Origin: Bacteroidota bacterium
GTDB lineage: Bacteria > Bacteroidota > Ignavibacteria > Ignavibacteriales > Ignavibacteriaceae
Reading direction: 5' to 3'
Length of the DNA stretch: 27,624 nt
Assembly: GCA_021790055.1 (NCBI GenBank)
Contig: JAJYIL010000001.1
Location: 1 to 27,624, forward strand
Below, one piece after another: positions 16,133 to 24,748 of the stretch (positions are counted from its first letter, which is position 1; every line of letters starts with the position of its first letter). The notes beneath the pieces are model-generated. The model was not told the DNA's origin and did not search any database. It saw nothing but the letters and a program-made list of their open reading frames with translations. A program made the position numbers and the translations under genes.

Positions 16133-17578
16133 ATGAATATTCAATTAAATAAAATACGAGACAACGTTTGGGAAATTCCTGTACAGGGCGGAATGCATGT
16201 GCCGGGCAGGATATACATTTCCAAAGAAATGCTTGAGCGCTCAGTTCAGAATGAAGATGCGCTTAAGCAGGTTGTAAACGTTGCTCATCTTCCAGGTATT
16301 CAGAAGTACAGCCTTGCAATGCCTGATATACACTGGGGCTACGGATTTCCTATAGGCGGCGTTGCTGCAACCGGTTTATCGGATGGAGTTATTTCTCCCG
16401 GCGGTGTCGGCTATGATATTAACTGCGGCGTAAGGCTGGCAACAACGTCTTTAGAATATGATTTAGTAAAAAACAAAATTGACTGGCTTATTTCAAATCT
16501 CTTTAAGAATATTCCTACCGGAGTCGGAGCGAAAGGTGCAATAAAAAAGCTTTCTCCTACCGAAATAAAAAGTATATTGATTAAAGGCTCAGCTTGGGCG
16601 CTTGAGAATGGTCTCGGTAGACCTGAGGATATTGAGTTTACAGAAGAGAGCGGAACATTAAAAAATGCCGACCCGGATGTTGTAAGCGCGCGTGCGATTG
16701 AAAGAGGATACGACCAGGCAGGAACTCTCGGCTCAGGAAATCATTTTCTTGAAGTTGATGTGGTCGACGAGATTTTTCATCCTAAAGCAGCGGAAGCATT
16801 CGGCTTAGTAAAAAACCGGATTGTAGTTTTAATACATACCGGATCGCGCGGACTTGGTTACCAAATATGCGATGACTACTTAAAAGTATTGCTTAAAGCA
16901 AGCGATGATTATGCAATCAATCTGCCTGATAAGCAGCTTGCCTGTGCGCCGATCAATTCAAAAGAAGGAAAAGATTATCTTGCTGCAATGCAGGCGGCAG
17001 CAAACTTTGCATGGAATAACCGTCAGGTAATAATGCATCTTGCTAAAAAAAGCTTCATGTCAACTTTCGGAATGAAAGAGTCGGAACTTGAGTTCAATCT
17101 TGTTTACGATGTTTGCCACAACATCGCCAAGATTGAAGAACACAAAATAGGCGGTGAAGTAAAGCAGGTTTGTGTACATCGTAAAGGCGCTACCAGGGCT
17201 TTTCCACCCGGCAGCGAAATGATACCAAAGAAATATAAAGAAGTTGGTCAGCCGGTTTTAATACCTGGCGATATGGGAAGATATTCTTACGTTGCGGTAG
17301 GGACTGAGAAAGCGATGGAGGAAACATTTGGAAGCTCTTGCCACGGCGCCGGAAGAAATCTTAGCAGAACTAAAGCAATGAAAGAAGCAAAAGGAAGAGA
17401 TCTCGTTCAAGAATTAAAAGACAAAGGCATAGTTATTCAAGCAAAGGGCTACAAGACAATTGCCGAAGAAATGTCCGGCGCGTATAAAGATGTTGAAGAC
17501 GTTGTTAACGTTATGCATGAAGAAGGTATAACCAACAAAGTTGCAAAGCTAAGACCTATTGGAGTAATAAAAGGTTGA
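16133..17578 (+). CDS. rtcB: RtcB RNA 3'-phosphate/5'-OH ligase, archaeal/eukaryotic-type (archease-associated)
   Basis: MPDIHWGYGFPIG, SPGGVGYDINCGVR, GTLGSGNHFLEV, HTGSRG, YDVCHN, HRKGATRA, PGDMG, SSCHGAGR, AEE..AYK; 481 aa, no intein. Confidence 0.97.
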   Translation: MNIQLNKIRDNVWEIPVQGGMHVPGRIYISKEMLERSVQNEDALKQVVNVAHLPGIQKYSLAMPDIHWGYGFPIGGVAATGLSDGVISPGGVGYDINCGVRLATTSLEYDLVKNKIDWLISNLFKNIPTGVGAKGAIKKLSPTEIKSILIKGSAWALENGLGRPEDIEFTEESGTLKNADPDVVSARAIERGYDQAGTLGSGNHFLEVDVVDEIFHPKAAEAFGLVKNRIVVLIHTGSRGLGYQICDDYLKVLLKASDDYAINLPDKQLACAPINSKEGKDYLAAMQAAANFAWNNRQVIMHLAKKSFMSTFGMKESELEFNLVYDVCHNIAKIEEHKIGGEVKQVCVHRKGATRAFPPGSEMIPKKYKEVGQPVLIPGDMGRYSYVAVGTEKAMEETFGSSCHGAGRNLSRTKAMKEAKGRDLVQELKDKGIVIQAKGYKTIAEEMSGAYKDVEDVVNVMHEEGITNKVAKLRPIGVIKG

Positions 17579-18210
17579 GATACAGCCACAATCCTCCCGG
17601 AGTTGTAAAATCAATTTTCAAAGAATATAAATGGAATACAACTAACGGCAAGCTTTTATTGACTTTTGATGACGGACCAATCCCGGATAACACTACAAAA
17701 ATATTATATCTGCTTGAGAAGCGAGGAATAAAAGCGCTGTTCTTCTGTGTTGGAAACAATATTCGAAAAAGCCCGGATCTTGTAAATGAGATTCTAAGCG
17801 GTGGTCATGAAATCGGTAACCATACGTTTAGCCACAAAATTATAACGAAGCTTAATGAAGTTGAAATACATTCGGAAATTGATTCATTGTGCGATTTGAT
17901 GAAAGATGAATTCAAATATAAGATAAAATATTTTAGACCGCCGTACGGCAAGTTCGGATTTAAGACAAAAAGGATGCTTTTAGAAAGGGACCTTACCAAT
18001 GTAATGTGGTCGCTGCTGACAAGAGATTATAAAAATGATTTCAAAGTTGTTAAATTTGCTGTGACAAAATATCTTGAACGGAATTCCATCATTGTCCTTC
18101 ACGATAGCTTAAAATCAAAAGATATAATTTTGGATTCGATTAATTTTATTGCTGATTATGCCGGTAAGTCCGGTTTTGAATTTGGAGAGCCTTCTGAATG
18201 CTTGAAATAA
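17575..18210 (+). CDS. Polysaccharide deacetylase (CE4/NodB homology domain)
   Basis: CE4 motifs TFDDGP, HTFSH, FRPPYG and IIVLHD. The TTG start overlaps the rtcB TGA (TTGA). Confidence 0.9.
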   Translation: MRYSHNPPGVVKSIFKEYKWNTTNGKLLLTFDDGPIPDNTTKILYLLEKRGIKALFFCVGNNIRKSPDLVNEILSGGHEIGNHTFSHKIITKLNEVEIHSEIDSLCDLMKDEFKYKIKYFRPPYGKFGFKTKRMLLERDLTNVMWSLLTRDYKNDFKVVKFAVTKYLERNSIIVLHDSLKSKDIILDSINFIADYAGKSGFEFGEPSECLK

Positions 18211-19289
18211 TATTTTTGATAGCATTAAGCGGATATTTTATCCAATCCGTAATTTTTGTAATCGGCACTTCAAAAAAATTTCCAAAGATAAAAGAAACCC
18301 AGCTACCGTCAGCAACTGTAATTGTAGCGGCAAGGAACGAGGAGAAAAATATTCTGAGGTGCATGAAGTCATTGGATAATTTAATTTATGCCGAAGGGAA
18401 GCTTGAAATTATTTTGGTAGACGACAGATCTACAGACGCAACCGGGAAGATAATCGACGAGTTTATCTGCGATAAGCCAAAGTTCAAAAAGATTGTAACG
18501 AAAAAAGAAATCGGGATGCTGAAAGGCAAGACCAATGCGTTAGCAAATGCGCTTGATTTGGCAAGTGGTGAAATTATTTTGACTACTGATGCAGATTGTG
18601 AAGTCAATCCGCTTTGGGTTAAGACTACGGCGTCCTATTATAAAGAAGATGTTGGTGCGGTTAACGGTTTTACAACTCAAGATGCTAAAAACGGATTTGG
18701 CGGAATGCAGGCATTGGATTTTATTTACCTGCTTACAGTTGCAGCGGGAACAATTAACTTAAACAAACCTATTAGCTGTATAGGCAACAACATGTCCTAT
18801 CGCAAAAAAGCTTATCAAGAAGTCGGAGGCTATGAAAATCTTCCGTTCAGCGTTACGGAAGATTTTAATTTGTTGTGGTCAATCTATTGTCTTGGCAAGT
18901 ACAAAATTATTTTGCCTCTTGATAAGGATGCATTGATTACTTCAATTCCATGTTCCGATTATAAAAGCTTATACCGCCAGAAAAAGCGGTGGGCAGTAGG
19001 CGGCATTGAAGTCCCGTTCCGCGGCTACCTTGTAATGGCGTGGGGCTTTTTAACCAACATTTGTGTTTTGCTTACTCCTTTATTTTTCTCGCCTGTATGG
19101 TTATATTTGGCGGTCTTTAAATTAGCAATTGATTTTTTTGTCCTCTACTTTGTACACAAGCAGCTTGGGCTTACTAAGAATCTAAAATATTTTTTACACT
19201 TTCAAATTTATTATTTGCTTTACGTGATAGCTTTGCCTTTTATTTTAGGGATTGACAGAAAAGTAGTCTGGAAGGGAAGAGAATACTGA
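18198..19289 (+). CDS. Membrane-bound family-2 glycosyltransferase (D,DxD,D,QxxRW type)
   Basis: N-terminal TM; VAARNEE, VDDRSTD, GKTNAL, TTDADC, GNNMSYRK, VTEDF, RQKKRW; three C-terminal TMs. Confidence 0.92.
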   Translation: MLEIIFLIALSGYFIQSVIFVIGTSKKFPKIKETQLPSATVIVAARNEEKNILRCMKSLDNLIYAEGKLEIILVDDRSTDATGKIIDEFICDKPKFKKIVTKKEIGMLKGKTNALANALDLASGEIILTTDADCEVNPLWVKTTASYYKEDVGAVNGFTTQDAKNGFGGMQALDFIYLLTVAAGTINLNKPISCIGNNMSYRKKAYQEVGGYENLPFSVTEDFNLLWSIYCLGKYKIILPLDKDALITSIPCSDYKSLYRQKKRWAVGGIEVPFRGYLVMAWGFLTNICVLLTPLFFSPVWLYLAVFKLAIDFFVLYFVHKQLGLTKNLKYFLHFQIYYLLYVIALPFILGIDRKVVWKGREY

Positions 19290-20284
19290 TGCTTCTGTTG
19301 TGCAACTATTACGTTACCTACCGGTGCAATGCGTTTTGCGAGTTTTGTCATTTCGGCGTTCATGAAAACTTTGCCGGCACTCCTTATGCTAAACTGGAAG
19401 ATTTTAAATCTAATGTTTCGCAGTTGAAAGAGCTTGGAGTTAGGTTCATCGACTTAACCGGCGGCGAGCCCTTACTTCATCAGGAAATACATTTGATGGC
19501 TGAATTTGCGCATGAGCATGGATTGCAAACAAGCATAACCACAAATGCTTTGCTTTACCCTAAGTTTGCGAAGAAGCTTGCAGGTAAAATTAATCTTCTT
19601 CACTTTTCTTTAGATTCACCGGATGAAGAAGAACATAATAAAATCCGGAAAGTGAATTGTTACAACCATGTTTTTAAAAGTATAGAGATTGCCAAATCTC
19701 TCGGCGAATTTCCGGATATTCTTTTTACGGTAACGAACGAGACTTATAAAAAACTTCCACGGTTGCATGAGATCGCTTCTAAACTTGATTTAGTGCTCAT
19801 CGTTAATCCGGTATTTTCTTATTTCGGTAATCCGGGATTGAGCGATGAAGCGATGGATTTTATCCAGGAATATTCCGAAGGCAAACTTGATATATACATG
19901 AATGATGCTTATCTAAAGCTTAGGCGGAACGGCGGCAACGATGTAAGTAAACCGCTTTGCAAGGCTGTTTCTCGCGTCATAGTAATTTCTCCTTACAACG
20001 AGATTATTCTGCCGTGCTATCATTTTGGTAATGAGAGAGTTCCAATCGATAAACCGATAAAAGAAATTAGAGAAAGCGAAAAATTAAAATACTATAAAAA
20101 GATGGAAGGTAGGTTTGATTTCTGTCAGGGCTGCACTGTCAACTGTTATTTTGAGCCTTCGTTTGCATTCCCGACGAATAGTTATGCTATTGCAAGTCTT
20201 CCTTCAAAATTTAAATACGGTTACAATAAACTGGTTAGACAGAAAATTCATAAAAAGATGCTAACAAATTCGGAATTGAGGTAA
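19289..20284 (+). CDS. Radical SAM enzyme with C-terminal auxiliary Fe-S (SPASM/twitch-like) domain
   Basis: CNAFCEFC (CxxxCxxC), TGGEP, TTNA, SLDS; C-terminal LCKA...LPCYH...CQGCTVNC. TGATG coupling with GT2. Confidence 0.92.
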   Translation: MLLLCNYYVTYRCNAFCEFCHFGVHENFAGTPYAKLEDFKSNVSQLKELGVRFIDLTGGEPLLHQEIHLMAEFAHEHGLQTSITTNALLYPKFAKKLAGKINLLHFSLDSPDEEEHNKIRKVNCYNHVFKSIEIAKSLGEFPDILFTVTNETYKKLPRLHEIASKLDLVLIVNPVFSYFGNPGLSDEAMDFIQEYSEGKLDIYMNDAYLKLRRNGGNDVSKPLCKAVSRVIVISPYNEIILPCYHFGNERVPIDKPIKEIRESEKLKYYKKMEGRFDFCQGCTVNCYFEPSFAFPTNSYAIASLPSKFKYGYNKLVRQKIHKKMLTNSELR

Positions 20285-21259
20285 ATGAGGAAATTATCCT
20301 ACGCTAAAACGCCTCTTTGTAATAATGGAGTAATGGAATATTGGAATAAAGGAATTGACAATTTTCCCCAAATGTTAAAATACTCCATTGCTCCACTAAC
20401 CCATTACTCCAAGGCGTCAGCGGCTATTCTAAAATATGTAATTATGGTTCTCTTATTATCGGCGTTTTACTGCACTCAGGCAAACTCTCAGACAAATGGA
20501 GAATGGTTTCCGTCTGGCTTAAACATAAGACCGTTCACGGCAAACATTCTTGAGGCACGCGATGGAGTATCGTATTTAACCAATGCGGATAAACTGCGGC
20601 TGGATATTGGAACATCAAATGACATTTATAGAATTAGCCGCGATAACAGCGTGCTTTCATTCGGTGCAGATCTTTTTACTTTTACAAGATTAAGAAGTGA
20701 AAATAATTTTCGCTTCCCGGTAGAAACTATCGATTACTTTTTTGGTTTGAACAGCGGATATAAAATCATTGATGGCGATAATAAGTACGGATTTCGTTTT
20801 CGCTTCAGTCATATCAGTGCTCATTTAGTTGACGGCAGGTTCGATAAAAGCTCCGGTAGTTGGCTGAGCAATTACCAGCCGTTTGTTTACAGCCGCGAGT
20901 TTTTTGAATTGCTTCCGTTCTACCAGTTCAATACTTTACGAGTGTATGCTGGAATGACTTACTTAATCCACGTTATTCCGGATGGAATCGGAAAGGAAAT
21001 TTACCAAGCCGGCTTTGATTATTATTTCACTTTATTCCCTCTAAAATCTATTGTACCTTTTGCTGCAGATGATTTTAAACTGTCGCAGATTGGCAGCTAC
21101 TTCGGCAACAATATCTTTATGACTGGAATAAAGTTCAGTGAATATAACCGGAAAGGATTTAAAATTTATTATTCATATACTTCCGGCAAGAGCATTCACG
21201 GCGAGCTTTACAATATATTTGAAAACTATTCGTCAGTTGGATTTAATTTTGACTTATAA
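20285..21259 (+). CDS. DUF1207-like outer-membrane beta-barrel protein (start uncertain: 20285, 20333, 20372 or 20444)
   Basis: Signal-like VIMVLLLSAFYCTQANS; alternating aromatic beta-strands; HISAHLVDG and YSREF segments; C-terminal strand VGFNFDL. The first ~43 codons run through a repeat element. Confidence 0.6.
   Translation: MRKLSYAKTPLCNNGVMEYWNKGIDNFPQMLKYSIAPLTHYSKASAAILKYVIMVLLLSAFYCTQANSQTNGEWFPSGLNIRPFTANILEARDGVSYLTNADKLRLDIGTSNDIYRISRDNSVLSFGADLFTFTRLRSENNFRFPVETIDYFFGLNSGYKIIDGDNKYGFRFRFSHISAHLVDGRFDKSSGSWLSNYQPFVYSREFFELLPFYQFNTLRVYAGMTYLIHVIPDGIGKEIYQAGFDYYFTLFPLKSIVPFAADDFKLSQIGSYFGNNIFMTGIKFSEYNRKGFKIYYSYTSGKSIHGELYNIFENYSSVGFNFDL
20317..20412. repeat. Hairpin element of tandem 8-mers in inverted orientation (WTGGARTA family) inside the 5' end of an ORF
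   Basis: Left arm TTGTAATA-ATGGAGTA-ATGGAATA-TTGGAATA-AAGGAATT (20317-20356). Right arm TACTCCAT-TGCTCCAC-TAACCCAT-TACTCCAA (20381-20412), whose reverse complements are ATGGAGTA, GTGGAGCA, ATGGGTTA, TTGGAGTA. Confidence 0.8.
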
Positions 21260-22281
21260 TGCCTGAATATTATAGCGATATATCACGTTTTGACAAATAC
21301 GAGCCGCAGCAAAGTGCAGCCCCTGAGGAGAAAGACAAGAAGAATTATCTTGTCCATGCCGGTTTATTTGTGCTTACTTTCATTACAACAACAATTGCCG
21401 GAGCGCAGTGGATAAGTGCGCAGCCGGGTCCGTATCAATTATCCTTTTTGATGAAAGGGCTGCCGTACTCCGTTTCAATTATGTTTATAATTTCCTGTCA
21501 CGAGTTTGGGCATTACTTTGCGGCGATGTACCACAAGGTAAAAGCAACATTGCCGTATTACATCCCGTTCCCGCCAATCTGGATCTTTATAAACTTCGGA
21601 ACGATGGGCGCGGTAATCAGAACCAAGTCGCCGATTTATACAAAGAAGGCGATGTTCGACATTGGAGTTGCCGGACCGATAGCCGGCTTTATTGCATGCA
21701 TAATCGTTTTGGTTTACGGCTTCACTCATGTACCTGGAATAAATTATCTGCTGGCAATTCATCCCGATTATTTTTCTCCTAATTATGGAAAGAATGCGCT
21801 TGACTTAACTTTCGGAAACACTATCCTTTTTTCTTTTTTGAAAATGATTTTTGTTCACAGCGGTCAGTTCTTTCCGCCGATGTCGGAAGTTTATCATTAT
21901 CCTTACTTATGTGTTGGTTGGTTCGGATTATTTGTTACTGCAATGAACATGATTCCGGTTGGTCAATTGGATGGTGGGCATGTTTCCTACACGATGTTCG
22001 GAGAAGAGAATCACTTTAAGATTGCAGTAGTATCTTTTGCAATCTTGATGGTGCTTGGACTACTCGGATTTGTAGAAGCTTTTCTAAACATGAGCACTAA
22101 CTTTGGCTGGTCGGGATGGTTATTCTGGGCGCTGCTTTTGTATTTTATCATTAAGCTTAAGCACCCTCCGGTACCGGATGACAGCGAACTGGATGCGACA
22201 AGAAAACTTATCGGTTATCTAAGCTTTTTCATTTTTATAATTTCGTTTTCACCGACTCCGTTTATGATTTCAATGGGGTAA
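21259..22281 (+). CDS. Site-2 protease (peptidase M50) intramembrane metalloprotease
   Basis: HEFGH (HExxH), AGPIAG, NMIPVGQLDGGH (NxxPxxxLDG); multiple TMs; no PDZ or CBS domain. TAATG coupling. Confidence 0.93.
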   Translation: MPEYYSDISRFDKYEPQQSAAPEEKDKKNYLVHAGLFVLTFITTTIAGAQWISAQPGPYQLSFLMKGLPYSVSIMFIISCHEFGHYFAAMYHKVKATLPYYIPFPPIWIFINFGTMGAVIRTKSPIYTKKAMFDIGVAGPIAGFIACIIVLVYGFTHVPGINYLLAIHPDYFSPNYGKNALDLTFGNTILFSFLKMIFVHSGQFFPPMSEVYHYPYLCVGWFGLFVTAMNMIPVGQLDGGHVSYTMFGEENHFKIAVVSFAILMVLGLLGFVEAFLNMSTNFGWSGWLFWALLLYFIIKLKHPPVPDDSELDATRKLIGYLSFFIFIISFSPTPFMISMG

Positions 22282-22343
22282 AAGACTTTAGTACACTTTT
22301 TTTTACCTTGAGCTAAGTGATTTATAATTAAATATTTGGACAG

Positions 22344-23141
22344 ATGAAAAAATACATTTTTATACTTTTGCCTTTCATCTTTTGGGGATGCCAAAAGAAC
22401 TTTAACAACGTAGTTGATTCAACTCCTTCAAGCTATCAAGTTTCTAAAGTTTACGGAGCCGATTCAGTTATGTATGATCCGTCCGATTCTTTAATGACAA
22501 TCAGTATTGGGTTCTATACTTCAAAAGATATCCAAACTGTTTCAGCAAATGTAATCGCTTCGGATAACTCACAACTGAACACCGACCCGGTTATTTTATA
22601 TGACAATGGAAATTTTTCCGATAACGGCGATACGGTAAGAGGAGATAATATTTACTCAAATAAATTTCCGTTAAGCCGTTATTACCCGAAAGGAATCTAT
22701 CAAATACAATATTTTGTTACCGATATTTCAAACCAAACCAATCTTGCTGCTATCCGTACTTTTGTATTTGATAACGGTCAGGGGAATGTTGCACCGGTAA
22801 TTTCTAATTTAGTCGCGCCGGATACAGAAACTATTCAATCTGTAACAATAAATATTTTTGTTTCGGTATTTGTTCATGATGATAACGGATTGAATGATAT
22901 AAAGTCGGTATTTTTTAATTCTTATATCCCACCTGACGGTCATCCATCTTCGCAAAATCCAATTATCACGTATGACGATGGAACTCATGGAGATGTAACT
23001 GCCGGTGACGGAATTTATTCTACTTATGTTGAACTTCCCTCATCCGGAGTTCCAAAAGGTACATTTAAATGGGAATTCCAGGCACAGGATAAAGGCGGGC
23101 TTCTAAGCAATAAAATAATTCATTACCTGGTTATTAAATGA
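22344..23141 (+). CDS. Lipoprotein with two 'choice-of-anchor X'-like Asp/Gly-rich motifs
   Basis: Lipobox IFWG-C; motifs LYDNGNFSDNGDTVRGDNIYS and TYDDGTHGDVTAGDGIYS in two Ig-like repeats. Confidence 0.75.
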   Translation: MKKYIFILLPFIFWGCQKNFNNVVDSTPSSYQVSKVYGADSVMYDPSDSLMTISIGFYTSKDIQTVSANVIASDNSQLNTDPVILYDNGNFSDNGDTVRGDNIYSNKFPLSRYYPKGIYQIQYFVTDISNQTNLAAIRTFVFDNGQGNVAPVISNLVAPDTETIQSVTINIFVSVFVHDDNGLNDIKSVFFNSYIPPDGHPSSQNPIITYDDGTHGDVTAGDGIYSTYVELPSSGVPKGTFKWEFQAQDKGGLLSNKIIHYLVIK

Positions 23142-24721
23142 AAAAGAATTTATTGTTTTCTTTCTCTATTATAATTTTCTCAACTGGAATTTTATTCCCC
23201 CAGATTAAGCCCGAATCTTTTATCCTCGGAAATAAAAACGAGATGGATAAACCTGCTTTAAGCAGTACTCCTTCAAGCAACAGCATTACGGATATTATAA
23301 CTGTCGGCGATACCGTATGGCTTGGAATGGGAACCGGCGTAAGCCTTTCAACTGACCGAGGTGCTACATGGACAAACTTTGCCGGCACACCTGCTTTCGG
23401 CTCCGAAAGTATTTCTGCAATCGGATATTATAAAGGAACATTTTGGGCGGCTACTGCTCATGATGAAAACACATCGCAAGGATCTGTTCAAGCCGGCAGC
23501 GGATTAAGATATACAACCGACGCCGGAAAAAACTGGACTACAATCCCTCAACCAGTTGATAAAGAATCAGATTCTATTACAACTTATGGTATTAATCAAA
23601 TTCATGGGTTACCGGTTACTGTTGCCGAACAGAATGTAATTTTCGATATGACTTTTACTCCGGGAACTATCTGGATTGCTTCATTTGCCGCAGGAGTTCG
23701 CAGGAGCACAGACATGGGAAAAACATGGCAGCGAGTAATTCTTCCTCCTGATACTCTTAATTCAATAAAACCAAGCGACACGCTTAATATTTACTATACA
23801 CCGGTAAAAGGAAAAAGTAGTGATGTCAACAATTATAATTTAGAAGGCTTTTCCATTATTGCAATAAATGATTCCACAATTTATGCAGGAACTGCGGGAG
23901 GAATAAATCTTACTACCAATGCAAATAGTCAATATCCTTCATGGACTAAGTTCAATCATACAAACGAAAACAATCCGATAAGTGGCAATTGGGTAGTTGC
24001 GCTTAGATACAACTATTCAGATAATACAATCTGGGCAGGTACATGGAAAGCAGCAGGCGAGAACGAATTCTATGCTGTCAGCTTTTCAAAAGACGGCGGA
24101 GTGAACTGGCAAACAACTCTTGACCAACAGAAAGTTTATAACTTCGGAATTAGTAGCAATCAAATTATAGCGCCATCCGATGCGGGAGCTTTTAGAACCA
24201 GCGATAACGGAAAAGATTGGATTTTGCCAACTACAATTACGGATGCTAGCAACGGTGTTTCAATTCTTACACAATCATTTTACGCAGCAGCTTTTCAAGG
24301 TAACTACATCTGGCTGGGTTCCGGAGATGGTCTTGCGCGTCTTGATGAAACCGGTGGAATGTGGCAAGGCAAGTGGAATGTTTATTTCGCCTCACAGCCG
24401 TTGGCATCTTCTACGGATTCTTACGCATACCCGAATCCATTTAATCCGCGCACCGATATTTTGAAAATAAAATATTCGACAAACGGAAGTGAACCGGTTA
24501 CAATTAGAATTTTTAATTTCAGCATGCAGATAGTAAAGACAATTATTGAAAATACTAACCGCGGAAACCCGACGCACGTAATCGATTCGCCGTCAGGCAC
24601 GATTGATTACTGGGACGGAACAGACCAGGCAGGCAACATAGTTCCCAATGGTGTTTATTTTTACCGCGTCGACGTCGGCTCGCAGAAACCGGTTTACGGG
24701 AAAATTTTGGTAATACAATAA
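23138..24721 (+). CDS. Secreted Asp-box (BNR) beta-propeller protein with T9SS-type/FlgD-Ig C-terminal domain
   Basis: Sec signal; Asp-boxes STDRGATW, TTDAGKNW, STDMGKTW, SKDGGVNW, TSDNGKDW; CTD YAYPNPFNP...IRIFN...WDGTDQAGNIVPNGVYFYRV...KILVIQ. ATGA overlap with the lipoprotein. Confidence 0.8.
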   Translation: MKKNLLFSFSIIIFSTGILFPQIKPESFILGNKNEMDKPALSSTPSSNSITDIITVGDTVWLGMGTGVSLSTDRGATWTNFAGTPAFGSESISAIGYYKGTFWAATAHDENTSQGSVQAGSGLRYTTDAGKNWTTIPQPVDKESDSITTYGINQIHGLPVTVAEQNVIFDMTFTPGTIWIASFAAGVRRSTDMGKTWQRVILPPDTLNSIKPSDTLNIYYTPVKGKSSDVNNYNLEGFSIIAINDSTIYAGTAGGINLTTNANSQYPSWTKFNHTNENNPISGNWVVALRYNYSDNTIWAGTWKAAGENEFYAVSFSKDGGVNWQTTLDQQKVYNFGISSNQIIAPSDAGAFRTSDNGKDWILPTTITDASNGVSILTQSFYAAAFQGNYIWLGSGDGLARLDETGGMWQGKWNVYFASQPLASSTDSYAYPNPFNPRTDILKIKYSTNGSEPVTIRIFNFSMQIVKTIIENTNRGNPTHVIDSPSGTIDYWDGTDQAGNIVPNGVYFYRVDVGSQKPVYGKILVIQ

Positions 24722-24748
24722 TTTATCGGGATTCAAAAGGAAAAATAG

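Noticed and set aside
16133-17578. Intein or intron in rtcB
   Set aside because: Length is 481 aa with contiguous motifs, leaving no room for an insertion.
15568-20412. Tandem repeats as a possible CRISPR array
   Set aside because: Units are 7-8 bp, directly abutting and arranged as inverted arms, with no unique spacers and no cas genes.
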